A stretch of 60,283 bases of DNA, counting the filler, from Nemertoderma westbladi (taxonomy: Eukaryota; Animalia; Xenacoelomorpha): assembly GCA_032718475.1 (NCBI GenBank). It is 3 parts of 3 records of this genome, joined end to end, with 100 filler letters (N's around TTAATTAATTAA, not from the genome) between each part and the next. Parts side by side here need not be neighbours in the genome. Positions count along the whole stretch, not along the records: positions 22,689 to 50,266 come from JAUCBJ010006546.1; positions 50,367 to 60,283 come from JAUCBJ010004359.1; 1 more part is not named here. The stretch is one strand, 5' to 3'. Below, in pieces: positions 38,801-52,788 of the stretch. The position numbers and the translations under genes were made by a program. A model generated the notes under the pieces. The model did no database searches. It saw nothing but the letters and a program-made list of their open reading frames with translations, and was not told where the DNA came from. The number at the start of each line of letters is the position of its first letter. Position 1 is the stretch's first letter.

Positions 38801-41800
38801 ACACTAAAATTTTGAACTGGGCAATTATCTCTGTAAATCCAAGAAGTGAGTGATTCAGTTGCAATATCTATTTAATTCCATATCATTTACCCATGGATTT
38901 GGAACAGAACTATCAGTTCACATTATGTTATAAAAAAAGAAGACAATTTTGGCATCAGGGTACAGTTTATCATTTATATCATGAAATGAAGTGTAATTAT
39001 CGGAAAGGCATTTCAACTCATTTTAACAATCCAAATTAATTCATCCATTCTATAATATGTGTATTTAATCAGAGTTAGTTTTTTTTATATTAACTATTAA
39101 TTAATATAGCGCGGATAAATTATTTATTCAGATGAGCGAAATACTACGTTTGGTGGTTTCATTGTGGTAGATGTTCCCATTAATTTAGATACTGCAAAGA
39201 ATAAATCACATCAGACTGGATGCGGTTGCACAATGGGTAGTTAAGGCCTACTACTCTACTCGTAATTCGCACCTGCTTAACTAAAAATAGTAAGAATGGT
39301 TATTAGAAAAAAGATATTTACCACTGTAGCCGGATATAACAATTAATACGGAGAACAGGGTGTAACACCTGGTAAAAAGTAAAATAATGATGAATATAGG
39401 AAATCAGCATGCAGTTCAGCAATATACTTGTTTTATTGACCAGCAGCCCCAAGTGAATCAGTCCCACCTAAAATACCCCCTCCCCTATAGACTTGCAGTA
39501 TAACAATACTGTAGTAGGCCTACCATATACCGTACAACCACATGACGTGTGGCTATTCTACACAATTACTTTTATTTATTATTTATTACTTATAGCTTAT
39601 TATATTACTTCGATTTTTTTTAGTGTTATTTGATCAGGCCCAAGATAAAGTTTAAGTTTTTTTATTATCGAAATTTCCACAGATAACACAAACAAACTAC
39701 AGTGTAAGTTGTAATCGAAAATTAATATTGCATATATTATTTAGATTAAGTTTTTCTAGGGATGAATTAAATTTATGCTGATCTTGGTAGAAGAGTTATC
39801 TTAACTTTCACGGAAATATTTGGGGTTTATGAATTGGACAAAAAAATAGCGAAAAATCCAGTAAATGGATGTAGGACAATTGTCCTGCTTCCACAGTACA
39901 TGTAGGAGTATAGTTAGGCCTACTATATGGTGAGATTAGATCGAATTAAGTAAAAAAAATATTTTTTTATCGAAAATACCTTTATGCTTAATATTTCTCA
40001 AGGCAACAGGTTTGGATTCAAACTAACGGTAAACGGTCCTTGATATTCTAATGACATTTGGCCTCCTGCTCCTATCATACGTTTTGGGGGGATATAAAAA
40101 GCACCAGGGCCAGCACGTATGTCCCAGTCTCACCTTGCTGTTTACTTTTAATTTACTTTTACTTTACTTTTTTGTAGTCGAGTTATATATTCTTAGTGCC
40201 TTGCTTGATGTACTGTACTGAAACTTTAACATTGTGAAGGCGCTATATAAATAATGATAACAATAAACGGGAGTTAGGATTATTGTAGAAAATCCAATTT
40301 AATTGAAAATCAACAGTTTAATAATCAACAGTCAGATGTATAGGCCTACGGGCTTACCGGTTCATGATGGTGTAGGCGTAGGTTTAGGTGTAGGCAACGT
40401 TGACCACATATTAAACAATGAATAAACATACATCAAAACATGTTGAAAAACGCAATTCTGTATTAAATATACTTTATATACTTATTACTGTAGTTTAAAC
40501 AAGAGAAGTGCACCGCCACACAATTTAACGTTTACACAATATTTCTTCTAGAATAAGTAGCATTGGGTAGACATTCAAGGGGAGTTTGCATTCCCCATTT
40601 TGGGAACTTCCCCATTTGATAGACAATATCATATATTGTACTAATAATCACTGTTATTTATTGTAATTCAATTTTGAATAATGCTTTACATACTGTGCCT
40701 CTGATCGATTACATCACGCAAGATTTACTGTCAATTGATTGAGGTTGGCAAACACAGGGCACATATTGGGAATGCAACACCGGGGTGTAGTATATCCCTG
40801 ATAAAGATTCAGAACAAAGGGCTGCTGAGAAATACAAATCTAAATCAAATAGCCATTAGTAATTGATACTAACCTATAGATCACTCAGATGTGTAAGGTT
40901 GAGCATGAGCAGGTGAAAATGTAATGGTAAGATAGGAATGATTTTATTCTAATGATGCGAAAATATACATGTTAAGCGCGCACGCTATGTAATTAACAAT
41001 TAACTTTAAGCTCTATCTAAATGTGCCGGCTTATTTTTTATATTGAAATTACCATTATTTAAAATATATTCATTTCAAGAATTACTTGTAATAAAACAAT
41101 TATAAATTTGTTTAGAGTCCATACATTTTGTATGCAAAATATTTTTAATCAAATTATCTTTCTTTCGAATGAGCTTAATGAATTAGATAACATGTGCGAC
41201 CCGGTACTTCGCTGCAATCCTGATTTCAACCCAGACGTTTTGTAAATATTTGGCGATTAGCTTATTTTATGAAGCATCTCCAAGAGATCAGGTTTGTGTT
41301 TGTAATATCCAGGTGGTTTACAAGGCTTTATGGACATACTATAGATATGCTTGAGTAGGATTGTACGATTTCAGCTTGGAAACATCAGTTTGATAAAAAA
41401 ATTATCCAAACGTGAAATCCAACTTAATCCTCGGAATTGCATCTGGCGAATACAACAAAAATTAATGATGAAGTTTACCTTGAGAATGTAGAATAGGTGA
41501 GGATACTCGGAAGCCAACCAAAATAAATGATGAATTTTACCTTGAGAATTTATAATAAGAGAGGATGCTTTAGAAACGGGGAAGGGCGATTCCAATAAAA
41601 TCGCTAGAGCCAAGGGATTAGATTAGCATTGAGGGGATAGAATACAATTACACAATAATACAAATTCTACGAAAGCAGCTAAGTATGTTAATATCTAAAT
41701 TTTGTCTCTACTCAGTCATATTTATAGCATTATACACCCTATTAACTTTAAAACCATACAAAATATCTTCTGGTCAAAATACCTAAAAATTATATAAAAA

Positions 41801-41874
41801 TATTCTTGCAGTGCTTCTTAAATCAAGCTTGCAGGTTAGCACTGTTGCAAGTTCAAGCATGTAAAAGACGTACC

Positions 41875-44800
41875 TGTTAGAATAGCTTGCAACCGTTTGG
41901 CGGGAGATTCAAATCGAGGAAAAGAGTTATTATTATTAATTGATTATTTATGTTGCGCTGTGTTATTCTGCAGTCAACTGGTCTGACTGTATGGATTGCT
42001 GGACTTGTTACTGGATTCGACACTCGTGATCTGTTGGGGCGACCCCTTCCACTTTCGGTGATGGTGGTGTTTGGTGATTTGTCTGTGGTGGCCTACAGTT
42101 TAGTCTACACTACACTATTGTCTATTAGTGTATTACTAATATAACTGCTACAGTATTTCTGTATATACAATAAATATATGTTCTATGTTTCAAACTCATT
42201 TATTATTTGATGCGACATGAATTTAACATGGTAGCAGAGCAGGTTATCAAAGAACCGTTATAAATGTGGCCTATCTACCGATAGTGATACTGACCAACAG
42301 CATAGGCCTAACAACTATCCTATATTGTATATTTACCGAATTGCCTACATATTGGGCCTACCTACACCTACCCTACATATATAATTGTACTGTTAAAATG
42401 GATGAAACTTTGGCTATAGGCTGTATCTGGAGGATCAGGAGCCTGGGGGAGACCAAAGTAGCAGCAATGCCTATGTTTATGCATCATCTTATAAGAAACC
42501 TCCAGAATTTGATGCATCAGTTAACAATTATGAATTTTGGCGCAAAGAAATAGATCTATGGTCACGATTATCCGATCTTGGAAAACGAAAGAAAGCATTG
42601 AATGAAAATATTGAAAATGAAAGCATTGAAAAGCATTGACAGAATTGGCTGTTGTATGACATCTAAAGGGTAAAGCCAAGAAGAGAGCGCTCGATATTAC
42701 TTTAGATGATTTGGAATGTGATACAGGAATGGAAACACTGTTGGCAGTGCTCGATAAATTGTTTCTAGAAAAGAGGAATCAGCATTTGCAACTCTTATAA
42801 AGTTTAAGAATCTGAAAAAACCCAAATCGCAGTCAAAGTGAGAATATATTGGAGATATCTTAGTAATCACCGTTTGCCAGTTGCTCCAGGAAATAAAGTA
42901 GCAAATCCCTGTCATGGTTGTGGCTCCACAATGCACTGGAAAGACAATTGTCCAGACAATATAGGCCAAGTTGTACGATTTGTATTTCAGTATTTCATTT
43001 TGTAGATATATGCCCTGATAAAAACAAAGCCTCACGTTGTTATTACTGCGATTCAGTAATGTGTACAGAGAGTGAATGCCCACATAAGCTCAGTATGAAG
43101 CTGGATGATGATGTTTTCATTCAGACTTGCTATGTTATTGAACCATCAGCACCCTTCATAATTATTGACACTGGTTGTACTGTGAGTGGGGAGCAATGGT
43201 TTGATAGTTATATTGGATTTACAAAAACACTCATTTGAAATGGATAAAATGACCAGTAATACCATTTTCTGATTTGGTGGTGGAGAAAAAAAGGCAGCAT
43301 TATTTAGTGTTGTTAATCCTATACAAATAGGAAACACTTCTTATAGCTATAGGATCCTCGTGGAGATCATTGAAAATCGTATAACTATTAATGGTAATAG
43401 TCTTGGATTACAAACTCATGGAGGTCACTTAGTTATATTTCCGAAAAAAAAACAGTGACAGAAGAATCACTGTTCAGTAATGCCAAAAAACTTGATTACA
43501 AAGATGTTGAAAAATTTCACAAACAATTTGGACATGCTGGTTTCTCCACACTCACTAAATTAATTTACATAGTCTGGTATCACCTATGATATGAAATTAA
43601 TTGATAAGGTAGTTCATAAGTGTGTACCTTGCAGCTTAGTTTCTCGAGCTCCATCAAGACCTATTGTTTCTGAACCTCTGGCCTTGAATTTTAATGAGAT
43701 TGTTGCATTGGATCTGTTCCAAATACCTACTTCTTCAAGATTAGCTTTACTTATTATAGATATGTTTAGCTGATATAGTATTGCATATCCAATAAAAACA
43801 AGGAAACAACCACAATTCAGGAGAGTTTCATGGCTCAGTGGGATTCAATATTTGGCCAACCTAGACAAACACTTGCAGACAATGGCGGATAATTTTTCAG
43901 TGATCTGTTTCCTGAAATGTGTGTAAAATTAAATGCAGACAATCAAGTCAGTGTTCCGTATTGTCCATTCTCTAATGGCATGATTGAACAGCACAATGAA
44001 ATATTCAAACATATTTATGAAAAGATTAAACTTGACCACCCATCATATAATGACTTAAAAGTCTTTCAACTGATAAAATTCGCAAAAAATTTGTGGCCAA
44101 ATGGTGATGGCTATTTGCCTTATCACATTGTATTTGGAAAGGATTCCAACATAAATTTGATATTAACTGATAGATTATCTGGATTAGACCAACGTTGCAG
44201 TTCCTCCACAGTTGTCGAATAACACTTAGAAAATTTGAATTCAATCAGGAAGGAATATGCCAGTGTCGACTGTTGTTCTAAGATCAGAAGAGCCTTGACT
44301 CATAATATACAAAATTCGTCTTCCAAATGTAACATTGGTGATACTGTATATTATTACAATAATCGAACTAAACAATGGAGAGGCCTTGGAGTTATTGTCA
44401 GTGTGTGTGGATTCGAGTTTCTTATAAAGCGTGGTGGTATTTATACAAGATGCCATAGGAACTTCATCAGGCCAGTCATTGATGAACAGACTACTCCTCA
44501 AAATGTCATTGTTAACAATGACTCTGAAACTTCAAATATTCAGAGAAAAGATAAGTCTCCTGCAGTTGATATTGTACTAGCAGAGAGTGATAATGAAATT
44601 ATAGAGAATGATAAATTACAATACACATTTACATCAAATGTTGATAATGACCAAACAAACAGTTCATCTACTAAAGTAATTCTTAAAGAATATCCACTTA
44701 GAAGTAGGATTCGTAAGATGCGGAAAGAAAATGAAGTTGAGAATAGCAGAGATGTCTTGGAAAGGGCAAGTCTTGCAAATTAAACTTTTTGTATAAAGGA

Positions 44801-46461
44801 TCTTTTCAATAACTATAGTTATCCAGCATCCGATTTACCAATGCCAGCTGTTGACGATATTTTTCAAAAGGCTAAAGAAAGGGAATATGAGCAATGGTTA
44901 ATCCACAATGTATTCAAAGAAGTTCCATATGATGTTGGAATGTAGGTTGTATCAACTAAATGGAATTTAACCTTTAAAGACAAAGATTGTCAAATTTCTA
45001 AGGCGCAACTGGTTGCTCGTGGGTTTGAAGACAATACTGAATTCATATCATATTCTCCGACTTGTTCAAAATCCTCTATTAGACTACTATTGTGTTTGGC
45101 TGTAATGAATAATTGTAGTGCTATGATTTTAGATGTGAAAACTACGTTTCTACAGGGAGAGACTCTTGATCGTGTTGTATATATTAAGCCTCCTATAGAT
45201 AGACCTTAGAAGAGAAGAGTGGATTTTCGTGTGGAAATTAAATAATTGTGTATATGGGCTTTGTGATGCTTCACGTAAATGGTTCCTAAAGCTAGACAAA
45301 GTTCTAAGATTATTGAAAGACAATTCTTGCCAGATAGAGCGATGGGAACACATTTCTAGGTATTGATATTCACGTAACAGATTGTGGTGTGTGTAGTTGA
45401 AATGTAACAGATAAACTATGTAGATCATATAGATGAGTTACTTGAAGAAAATATACATCAACGAAATACCATCAGAAAGATCATTGGAAAACTAATGTGG
45501 GCAAACATTGAAGACAGTAGACTCGAGGGTCTGCGTGATGCCTCGTTTAACCTTCCCAGTTGGGGTGGGTTGGTCAAACAATCTTGTATTTTGGAGAGAG
45601 TATAGTGGAGGAGAGTCGCTCGGAGTGCTTTAGGAGCTGAGATAATTGTGTTAGTAGAGGCATTGGATATGGCATTCCATATTTGCAATATAATTGACTT
45701 TTTATCTGGACACAAACCAAACATCGAGATCGTTACAGACAGCCAATCTTTAAAATGTATGACAGTATTAATGGAGCAAAGTGTTCTCCAGCGGAAAAGC
45801 GCTTACTGATAGACTTCGCCTACATAAAGGAAGGTCTTGCTCTTTCTCAGTGGCATATTTCCCTTCTTAAATCTGCTCATCTGCTGGCAGATGTTTTAAC
45901 CAAAGAACATCCTAGAAAAGTGACAAGAGATGACTTTGTTGCCACTCTATAAATAGACCTCTCCATAATAAATAATATAATATAATAATAAATATAATAA
46001 TAATATAATTGCTCGAATTATCTAGATATCAGTGTTGGGTTTTTTTGTAACCTTATATTTAGTACTAACATTATATATGTTTTGTTGCGATGATTTACCA
46101 TATTTCTGATAAACTGATAAATACTTTAGTCTGTAGGTTCGAGGAAGATATTTGTTTTTTTTTAACAATATGTTCATTGGGCGATTTAGTACATCGCTTT
46201 TACAACTTGTTTGTATGTTTCGATTTTATGTAGTTTACAATTAAGTAAATAACTCTTTTTAACTTAGAGGGGGAATTATGTTAAAATAGCTTGCAACCGT
46301 TTGGCGGGAGATTCAAATCGAGGAAAACAGTTATTATTATTAATTGTGTCATTTTATTCTGCAGTCAGCTGTCTGATTGTATGGATTGTTACTGTATTTA
46401 CAATAAATATATGTTCTATTTTTCAAACTCATTTATCATTTGATGCCACATGAATTTAACA
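41875..46461 (+). mobile_element. Decayed Ty1/Copia LTR retrotransposon, GalEa-like
   Basis: LTRs 41875-42228 and 46279-46461 (TG...CA). TSD GTACC/CTACC. PBS TGGTAGCAGAGC. PPT AGAGGGGGAA. Domain order: gag knuckle CYYCDS, protease IIDTGC, integrase (HKQFGH..CVPC, VALDL, DNGG), RT (KAQLVARGFED, DVKTTFLQG, YGLCDASRKW), RNase H (TDSQS, ADVLTK). Many stops and frameshifts. Confidence 0.92.
42229..42240 (+). promoter_or_regulatory. Primer-binding site of the Copia element
   Basis: TGGTAGCAGAGC immediately after the 5' LTR, the tRNA-Met-type PBS described for GalEa elements. Confidence 0.8.
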
Positions 46462-46519
46462 CTACCAATTACCATCCAACTACTAAGAGAACAGAGGGAC
46501 TGTGTATGAGTGTTAGGAG

Positions 46520-46892
46520 TGTAGCCCCCCCCCCCCCCCCGGACATTAGCCCCTGGACATTAGCCCCCCGGACAGTAGCCCCTGGACAGTAGCACCTGAA
46601 CAGTAGCCCCTGGACAGTAGCCCCCCAGACAATAGCACCCCAGACAGTAGCCTCCACGCACGGACAGTAGCCCCTGGACAGTAGCCCCCCACCCAGATAG
46701 TAGCCCCCGTCCGTACTGTAGCACCCCGGACAGTAGCCCCCGCCCGGACAGTAGCACCCTGGACAGTAGCCCCGGCCGGACAATTTCCCACCAGTAGCCC
46801 CTGGGCAGTATTCTCCTGGACAGTAGCCCCTGGTCAGTAGCACCCGGACAGCAGCCCCCTGATCAGTCAGTAGACCACTGGACAGTAGCCCT
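46520..46892 (+). repeat. Degenerate ~14-16-bp tandem repeat GGACAGTAGCCCC(T)
   Basis: About 20 visible copies; probably transposon subterminal repeats. Confidence 0.85.
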
Positions 46893-46939
46893 ACATCAGA
46901 AAACTCAGTCCTAAAGAGTAGCATTTGAATCATCCAACA

Positions 46940-47920
46940 CATAATGCTTTAAGATCCACATTTAATTAATTGCGGCAACTTTTTGCAATGGGACGTAGGG
47001 TAGTCCAAAATACCTTCTAGGAATCATCTTTGTCTTCATTTCTGGCTGACTATTGCCTAGCCCCAAATGTGACCAGCTTGATATGCAACTCGCTTCACAT
47101 GGTTCCATGTGTCATATGATCTATGTTTTCGTGCAGCAAAGAGAGCAAGCCTCAACATATTTACTGGTGTATCTGGACTAGATCTGTCATACATCAAGAC
47201 CACAAATTTCTGTATGTAATTTGAACTGTAGATCATAGTCCCCATTCTTCGACTGGCACTGACTTAGATTATTAAAGGCAACTGATACTTCACCACATAT
47301 ATTCTATGTCTACGATACTGTATTTACCCTTTGCATGGAACTCTGCATGGACAATTGCGACCCATGATTTTGGGAAAAATTGATGGGTCGCAATTGACCG
47401 GGTCACAATTGTCCGGGTCGCAATTGTCCGGGTCGCAATTGACCGGGTCGCAATTGTCTGGGTCGCAATTGTCCGGATCCAGATATAAAGATGTAATGTA
47501 TATCATTTATAAATATCATTGTATCACTGTATATCATTGACAATTGCGACCCGGACAATAGCGACCCGGACAATTGCGACCCGGACAATTGCAACCAGGA
47601 CAATTGCGACCCAGACAATTGCGACCCATAATTTTTATTTAAAAACATGGGTCGCAATTGTCCGGGTCGCAATTGTCGGGGTCGCAATTGTCCGGACTCC
47701 CAACGAATCCATCTCAATTCAATTCTCCTCCATTGCCAAACGCATCCCACAGATTTTCGAGCCCTAATGCTGAAAGGGAGGGCATAAGAGATGCATCGAT
47801 ATCTAATATATCTTTGTCGTTTGCTTGAATGAGTAGAGATTTGTATCCCTCTATGGCTGCAGGCCGAGCATGTAATAATATCCATGTGTCAGCTTCTTTG
47901 TGAGTACATGAGACCAATTA
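46940..47920 (-). mobile_element. Academ-like transposase remnant split by a 15-bp-repeat insertion
   Basis: HKEADTWILLHA...ANDKDI...LWDAFGNG (47714-47917) and IQKFVVLMY...HVKRVAYQAGHIWG (47057-47245). This HEEADT-type motif set is typical of Academ transposases. Confidence 0.6.
47349..47700. repeat. MITE-like cassette of 15-bp units GGGTCGCAATTGTCC in alternating orientations
   Basis: Blocks at 47349 (reverse), 47385-47475 (forward), 47539-47630 (reverse), 47649-47695 (forward). Confidence 0.85.
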
Positions 47921-48658
47921 ATTAATGTAAGTTAATTCTGATTTAACTCACAATGGTGACAGCGTTTTCTTCTTTGGTGATGTAACTGAATTTACTGCTG
48001 TCATCTCAGCCATTATATCTATCTTATGTAGTCATTTGTATATCAAATGGGTCAAAAGATAGATAGTTTTGCATTATACATAGTACAGTTTAAAAAGATT
48101 TGTACACTACGAGTACTGAAGTAAAATTCAAAGAATTCATGTGTCACATTATTATACCTAACCTTGCAGTCAATTTACTGGGAATCAAATGAACAACACA
48201 ACAAAACCATACACTATGAAAAACTTCTAATTAATTATTCCCGACCACACTTTAAATTCTTATTAACTTAGAATAGACAAGTGATAATTTCTGATTGGAA
48301 TGCAAGTGTGCCTAGCCAAACCAGCAGGATGTTGATCAATTCGATTCGGGTTGCACCAAAGTAAATTACCCATACAATACATTTATACCTTGAAGGTGAT
48401 CTATGCCCTGATCCATACTTCATGAGCAGTAACAATTGTTATTCAGGAAATTGGCACACTAGCCCAACATTCTCGTACCGGTAACTGTATTTTGAAATTC
48501 AGGTATAAATTTTTTGCCATGTTGCAGATGACATTGACAATAATTACATCCATGAATTCATGATGGTTATACTAATAATAATAATCGTAGGCCTATATTT
48601 CAAATACTCATATATAAGAAGTATACACAAGGCAACAACGCAAGTAGTATAGGCTTCC

Positions 48659-48950
48659 TCCTCTCGGTGACAGTTAGACCTCACTGACACCCATTGTGTG
48701 TAATATGACACCCTATTATCACCCATAGGGTGTCATTGGGTGTCATTGGCGCCAGACTGTGGGTGACACCTCCCAATTAAACTAATTAGACCCTAATTAA
48801 CAGGTGTCATCAATTAATTAGTACAATTAAACCCTAATAGGTGTCTTACGACTCCTAATTAGGGTTTAATTGATTATCCTAATTAATCAGACTGATTAGC
48901 GCCCTGACACACAATGGGTCATAAGTGTTGTCTAACTGTCACCTAGAGGA
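48659..48950. mobile_element. Small MITE (~290 bp) with 21-bp TIR
   Basis: TCCTCTCGGTGACAGTTAGAC / GTCTAACTGTCACCTAGAGGA, plus internal TGACACCC/GGGTGTCA and CCCTAATTA/TAATTAGGG inverted motifs. TSD not identified. Confidence 0.65.
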
Positions 48951-49324
48951 CCAAGAGGGTGTCATAAGTGACACCGCGGCTCTTTTATTCATTAATACTT
49001 ATTTATTTGTATTTAATTTTAATTAATTATTTGTATTTAATTTTAATTAATTATTTGTATTTAATTTTAGATTTACCAATAATTAGTTTTATATATTGGT
49101 TTCTAAATGACCTCATTGACTTTCAACTCGTTATACTTAGCCATAGGGTATACAGCTCCCTTACTGGTAACTAATTACTCTTATCTATATGCAGATAGCT
49201 TTATCGTTGACCTTTGACCCCCAATTAGCTTTAACCAAGCAACAGCTTATTAATAATAGTTGTATCCAAGCGCCCCGCCCCCCTCTCGTGACACCTCTGA
49301 TTACTAATTACTCTTGCCTATATC

Positions 49325-49995
49325 CAGCCGTCTGCAGTTCCATAGTCTGCCGCTAGAGGGCGTATGATCTGAAAATTAACATCTTCTCTAACTTTGTTAT
49401 TTTCATTCCGAATAGGTTTAAACTCGGTAGGCATCTACTACGGCATAGGCCATATCTTTTGCGGAGACATAGAGTAGTCTGAAGTTCCCCTGTCTGCCGC
49501 TAGAGGGCGTATTATTTGAAAATTAACATCTTCTCTAGCTTTGTTATTTACATTCCGCAAAACTATGAAGTTATATTGCTTAAGAGTTCTAAGGGGCGAG
49601 CCATGAGGCAAGATGTTTGAGGCTTATTTAGATATATTATTACTTAATTTTGACCCCCCAATCGGCATCTACTACGGCTTAGGCCATATCTTTTGCGGAG
49701 TCACAGAGTTGTCTGAAGTTCCCCTGTCTGCCGCTAGAGGGCGTATTATTTGAAAATTAACATCTTCTCTAGCTTTGTTATTTACAATCCGCAAAACTAT
49801 GAAGTTATATTGCTTAAGAGTTCTAAGGGGCGAGCCATGAGGCAAGATGTTTGAGACTTATTTAGATATATTATTACTTAATTTTGACCCCCAATCGGTA
49901 TCTATTACAATATGGGCTATATTTTTTGCAGGAGTACAGAGTAGTCTGAAGTTCCCCAGTCTGCCGCTAGAGGGCGAAATGTCTCAAAGTGAAAA
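49325..49995 (+). mobile_element. HINE-like internal repeats with a ~235-bp tandem duplication
   Basis: 49425-49660 is duplicated at 49660-49895. Each unit carries CTGCCGCTAGAGGGCG. Confidence 0.7.
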
Positions 49996-50066
49996 CCATA
50001 TGGTAGCCATGAATTGGTTACTAGGCAATAATACTGCATTTTGCAACGTTAGGCCTATTGCTGACC

Positions 50067-50157
50067 GAACGAAAACTGCCCTGGTTCATGCAGGGATCGA
50101 ACCCATGACATACGGAGATGTGAATTCAATGCAACCACTACACCAAGGTGGAACAGT
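50067..50157 (-). mobile_element. tRNA-derived SINE head (copy of 14950-15043)
   Basis: A box TGGTGTAGTGG and B box GGGTTCGATCCC on the minus strand. Confidence 0.7.
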
Positions 50158-50266
50158 AACCTGTCGAATTTGTTCGTTGACGTTCGAATTTGTAAGACTC
50201 TCATTTAAGACCTGACACAGACTATGCCTCACTGAGGCATAGACTATGACTCACTGAGGCATAGAC

Positions 50267-50366
50267 NNNNNNNNNNNNNNNNNNNNNNNNNNNNNNNNNN
50301 NNNNNNNNNNTTAATTAATTAANNNNNNNNNNNNNNNNNNNNNNNNNNNNNNNNNNNNNNNNNNNN
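50267..50366. other. Assembly gap with TTAATTAATTAA linker
   Basis: Same construct as 22589-22688. Confidence 0.95.
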
Positions 50367-51152
50367 AATCCTCATTTTTTTACTTAGTAGGCCAATACAT
50401 AATATCCTCTCTCTGAATATATACTGTAGAATTTAGATAGTGAGCATGTCCGCTATCACAAAAATATTAATTGAGTTTGCCGGTGCCAATTTAAGAGGTT
50501 TATTTGCATAAAAATAACCATTTAAGTTGTGGCAAAAAAATAAACTTATTTTGTCTAGCGGTATTATTTGGCAGTGAATGGAATTACACCTTTTATGATA
50601 ATCGAAATAAACTCCAGTCATTACTGTAATTCTCGTTTTTTTATAATTAAAATTTTTTGCATGTAGCCTATAAACCAGAGTGCTGCTCATACAGTATAAA
50701 AACAATAAACAACATAAAGCATCAATAAAAACACGAAAAAGTTGTTTATTAATTAAAAATATCACAAAACTTTGATGGTGTTTCTTAATATGAGAGGACA
50801 GTGATACTGTATGACTCCCTAAGCTACTGCTACGCACCACAGGCCACAGCCTACTAAACTGTAGTCGGTGTAGCAACTGATGTATTTTTTGACAACAATA
50901 AAAGTTTGAATATGGTGGAAACATGTATATTAATGTTTTATTGGTAGTGGTACGGTAGGTCGTATTGGTCTTATTGACACTGTAAGTACACTTTGTATTA
51001 CTATAAATAAGTAAAGCTACCTACAGTAGTGCATGTGCGTACTGTACTGTAGTATCAAAGTTACCCGGGTACCGGTATATATAGAGTTGTAATATGTACA
51101 GTAAAGTACTACATTGTGTAGGCCTAAACAACCACAAGATCTGCTCATACAT

Positions 51153-51698
51153 TCAGCACATCGGTACAGGCCTGTGCTCCCGGCTCCCTCTAACAGCTGG
51201 TTGCTCCCCAACGATTCTAGCCAACCAGGCGTCGTATATATACAGCATGCCAGTTGCCAAGACAACCACTATGCCGGTAAGATACCCCGAGTGGCACTCA
51301 TCGTAACGCACGCGAAATACGATAATTCTAGAACCGCTGGATAGGTACGGCAGTATGATTACATCGATTAGGGCCCAGACACCGCAAGCTGAATGCAAAA
51401 CAGCAAAGAGTATAGAAGATCTCTTAGCTATAAGTGGGGCATCTATTGTGTGATTGGCTATTTCTCGAATATCGAATAGGAGAGCCCCATAGAGTAGCAG
51501 ACTGGTGGCGAGTCCCAAGGACGCCACACTCAGTACAGTTATAGACGAGCCTTCGAAAAATGCGGCTGGCTTCAACCAGCATTGCGCGTACAGACTCGCA
51601 AGAATAACCACTGTGTCACCAACTACCATGGCAGCTCTGAGCAATCCTATTTTAGACAATACATAACCCAACCCTTTCTTGTAAACCAATTCAGTCAT
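51153..51698 (-). CDS. Four-transmembrane MARVEL-like membrane protein (MAL/CMTM/plasmolipin-like), 181 aa, single coding exon
   Basis: Four hydrophobic segments. N-terminal YVLSKIGLLR and C-terminal GMLYIYDAWL fit MARVEL consensus features. A CTAG acceptor lies just upstream of the ATG. Confidence 0.7.
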   Translation of the reverse strand: MTELVYKKGLGYVLSKIGLLRAAMVVGDTVVILASLYAQCWLKPAAFFEGSSITVLSVASLGLATSLLLYGALLFDIREIANHTIDAPLIAKRSSILFAVLHSACGVWALIDVIILPYLSSGSRIIVFRVRYDECHSGYLTGIVVVLATGMLYIYDAWLARIVGEQPAVRGSREHRPVPMC

Positions 51699-52788
51699 TG
51701 CGATATAATTCTAGGATTAAATGTTAATTCACAATTAATGAAATCCGAATAAACCACCACATTTGTTAAACAAACAAAGTTTAATAGTTTTTTTTATAAC
51801 AATTCAAGTATAATACCAGCTTTATAATTATACAAAGTATTAAGTGATAAAATTATATTATGCTTTTAACATTTATACAGATAAATAAATATACATAGTA
51901 GACCAATGCAATTACCAAATATACTGAAAACTGTGGTAAATATTACCGTTAGTAATGTTTGTAGCAGCTGCTGTATGTAGGCCTATTAATTAACAGATAC
52001 CTTTTTGCTTTTTTTAGTTATACTATACAGTACCTTTATAAATATTTAAATTCTGTCAAAATAGATTAGTTTATAATTTTAAAATAAATATATAAAATAC
52101 TCAAATAATTTGTAAATTATTATTGACGACAATAAAACAAAATATAAACATATTTTTTTTCATTTCATAATAACATGCTAGCTTATATGAACAATAATAC
52201 TTCACAACAACCTTATTATTCATTCAAAGATAATGTATTCAGACAGCGATAAACCACCCATTTAGTATAGATGTTAGATTTAAGCTGTACTGTAACTTTA
52301 TGATATAACCTTTGAGCCAGAACCAATTACTGTAATGTTATAAAATCTGTATTTATCAACATATTATTTAGCTACTGTTACTGTAGGAAGTGAATCGTCT
52401 CAAAATTCAATAGTAATTGCCTGGTTAATTGTTTTTTCTCAAGACAAAACAAATCCCCAATCCAAAGTCCATTAATAATATCCTGCAAACTGCAAACACT
52501 GTAATTAGCTTGGCTTAAGCATTGACTACCTACAGTTTTTCCACCAGCTCCTGTATGAAGTAACACGCTTTTACGTTTAATGATTTATATAGCAGTATGG
52601 CAGATTGGCAGGCAGCATTAAATAAAAGTAAACTGAAAATACTGACAATACTTATAATATTAATAATGTACATGATATTGTTATTACAGTATGAATACAG
52701 TGTTTACGAGGTCAGAAGAAAAGAATGAGGTACTGTATGTACATTTGTGCAATAATTATTACATTTTGTAGACATCAATATATCAATG

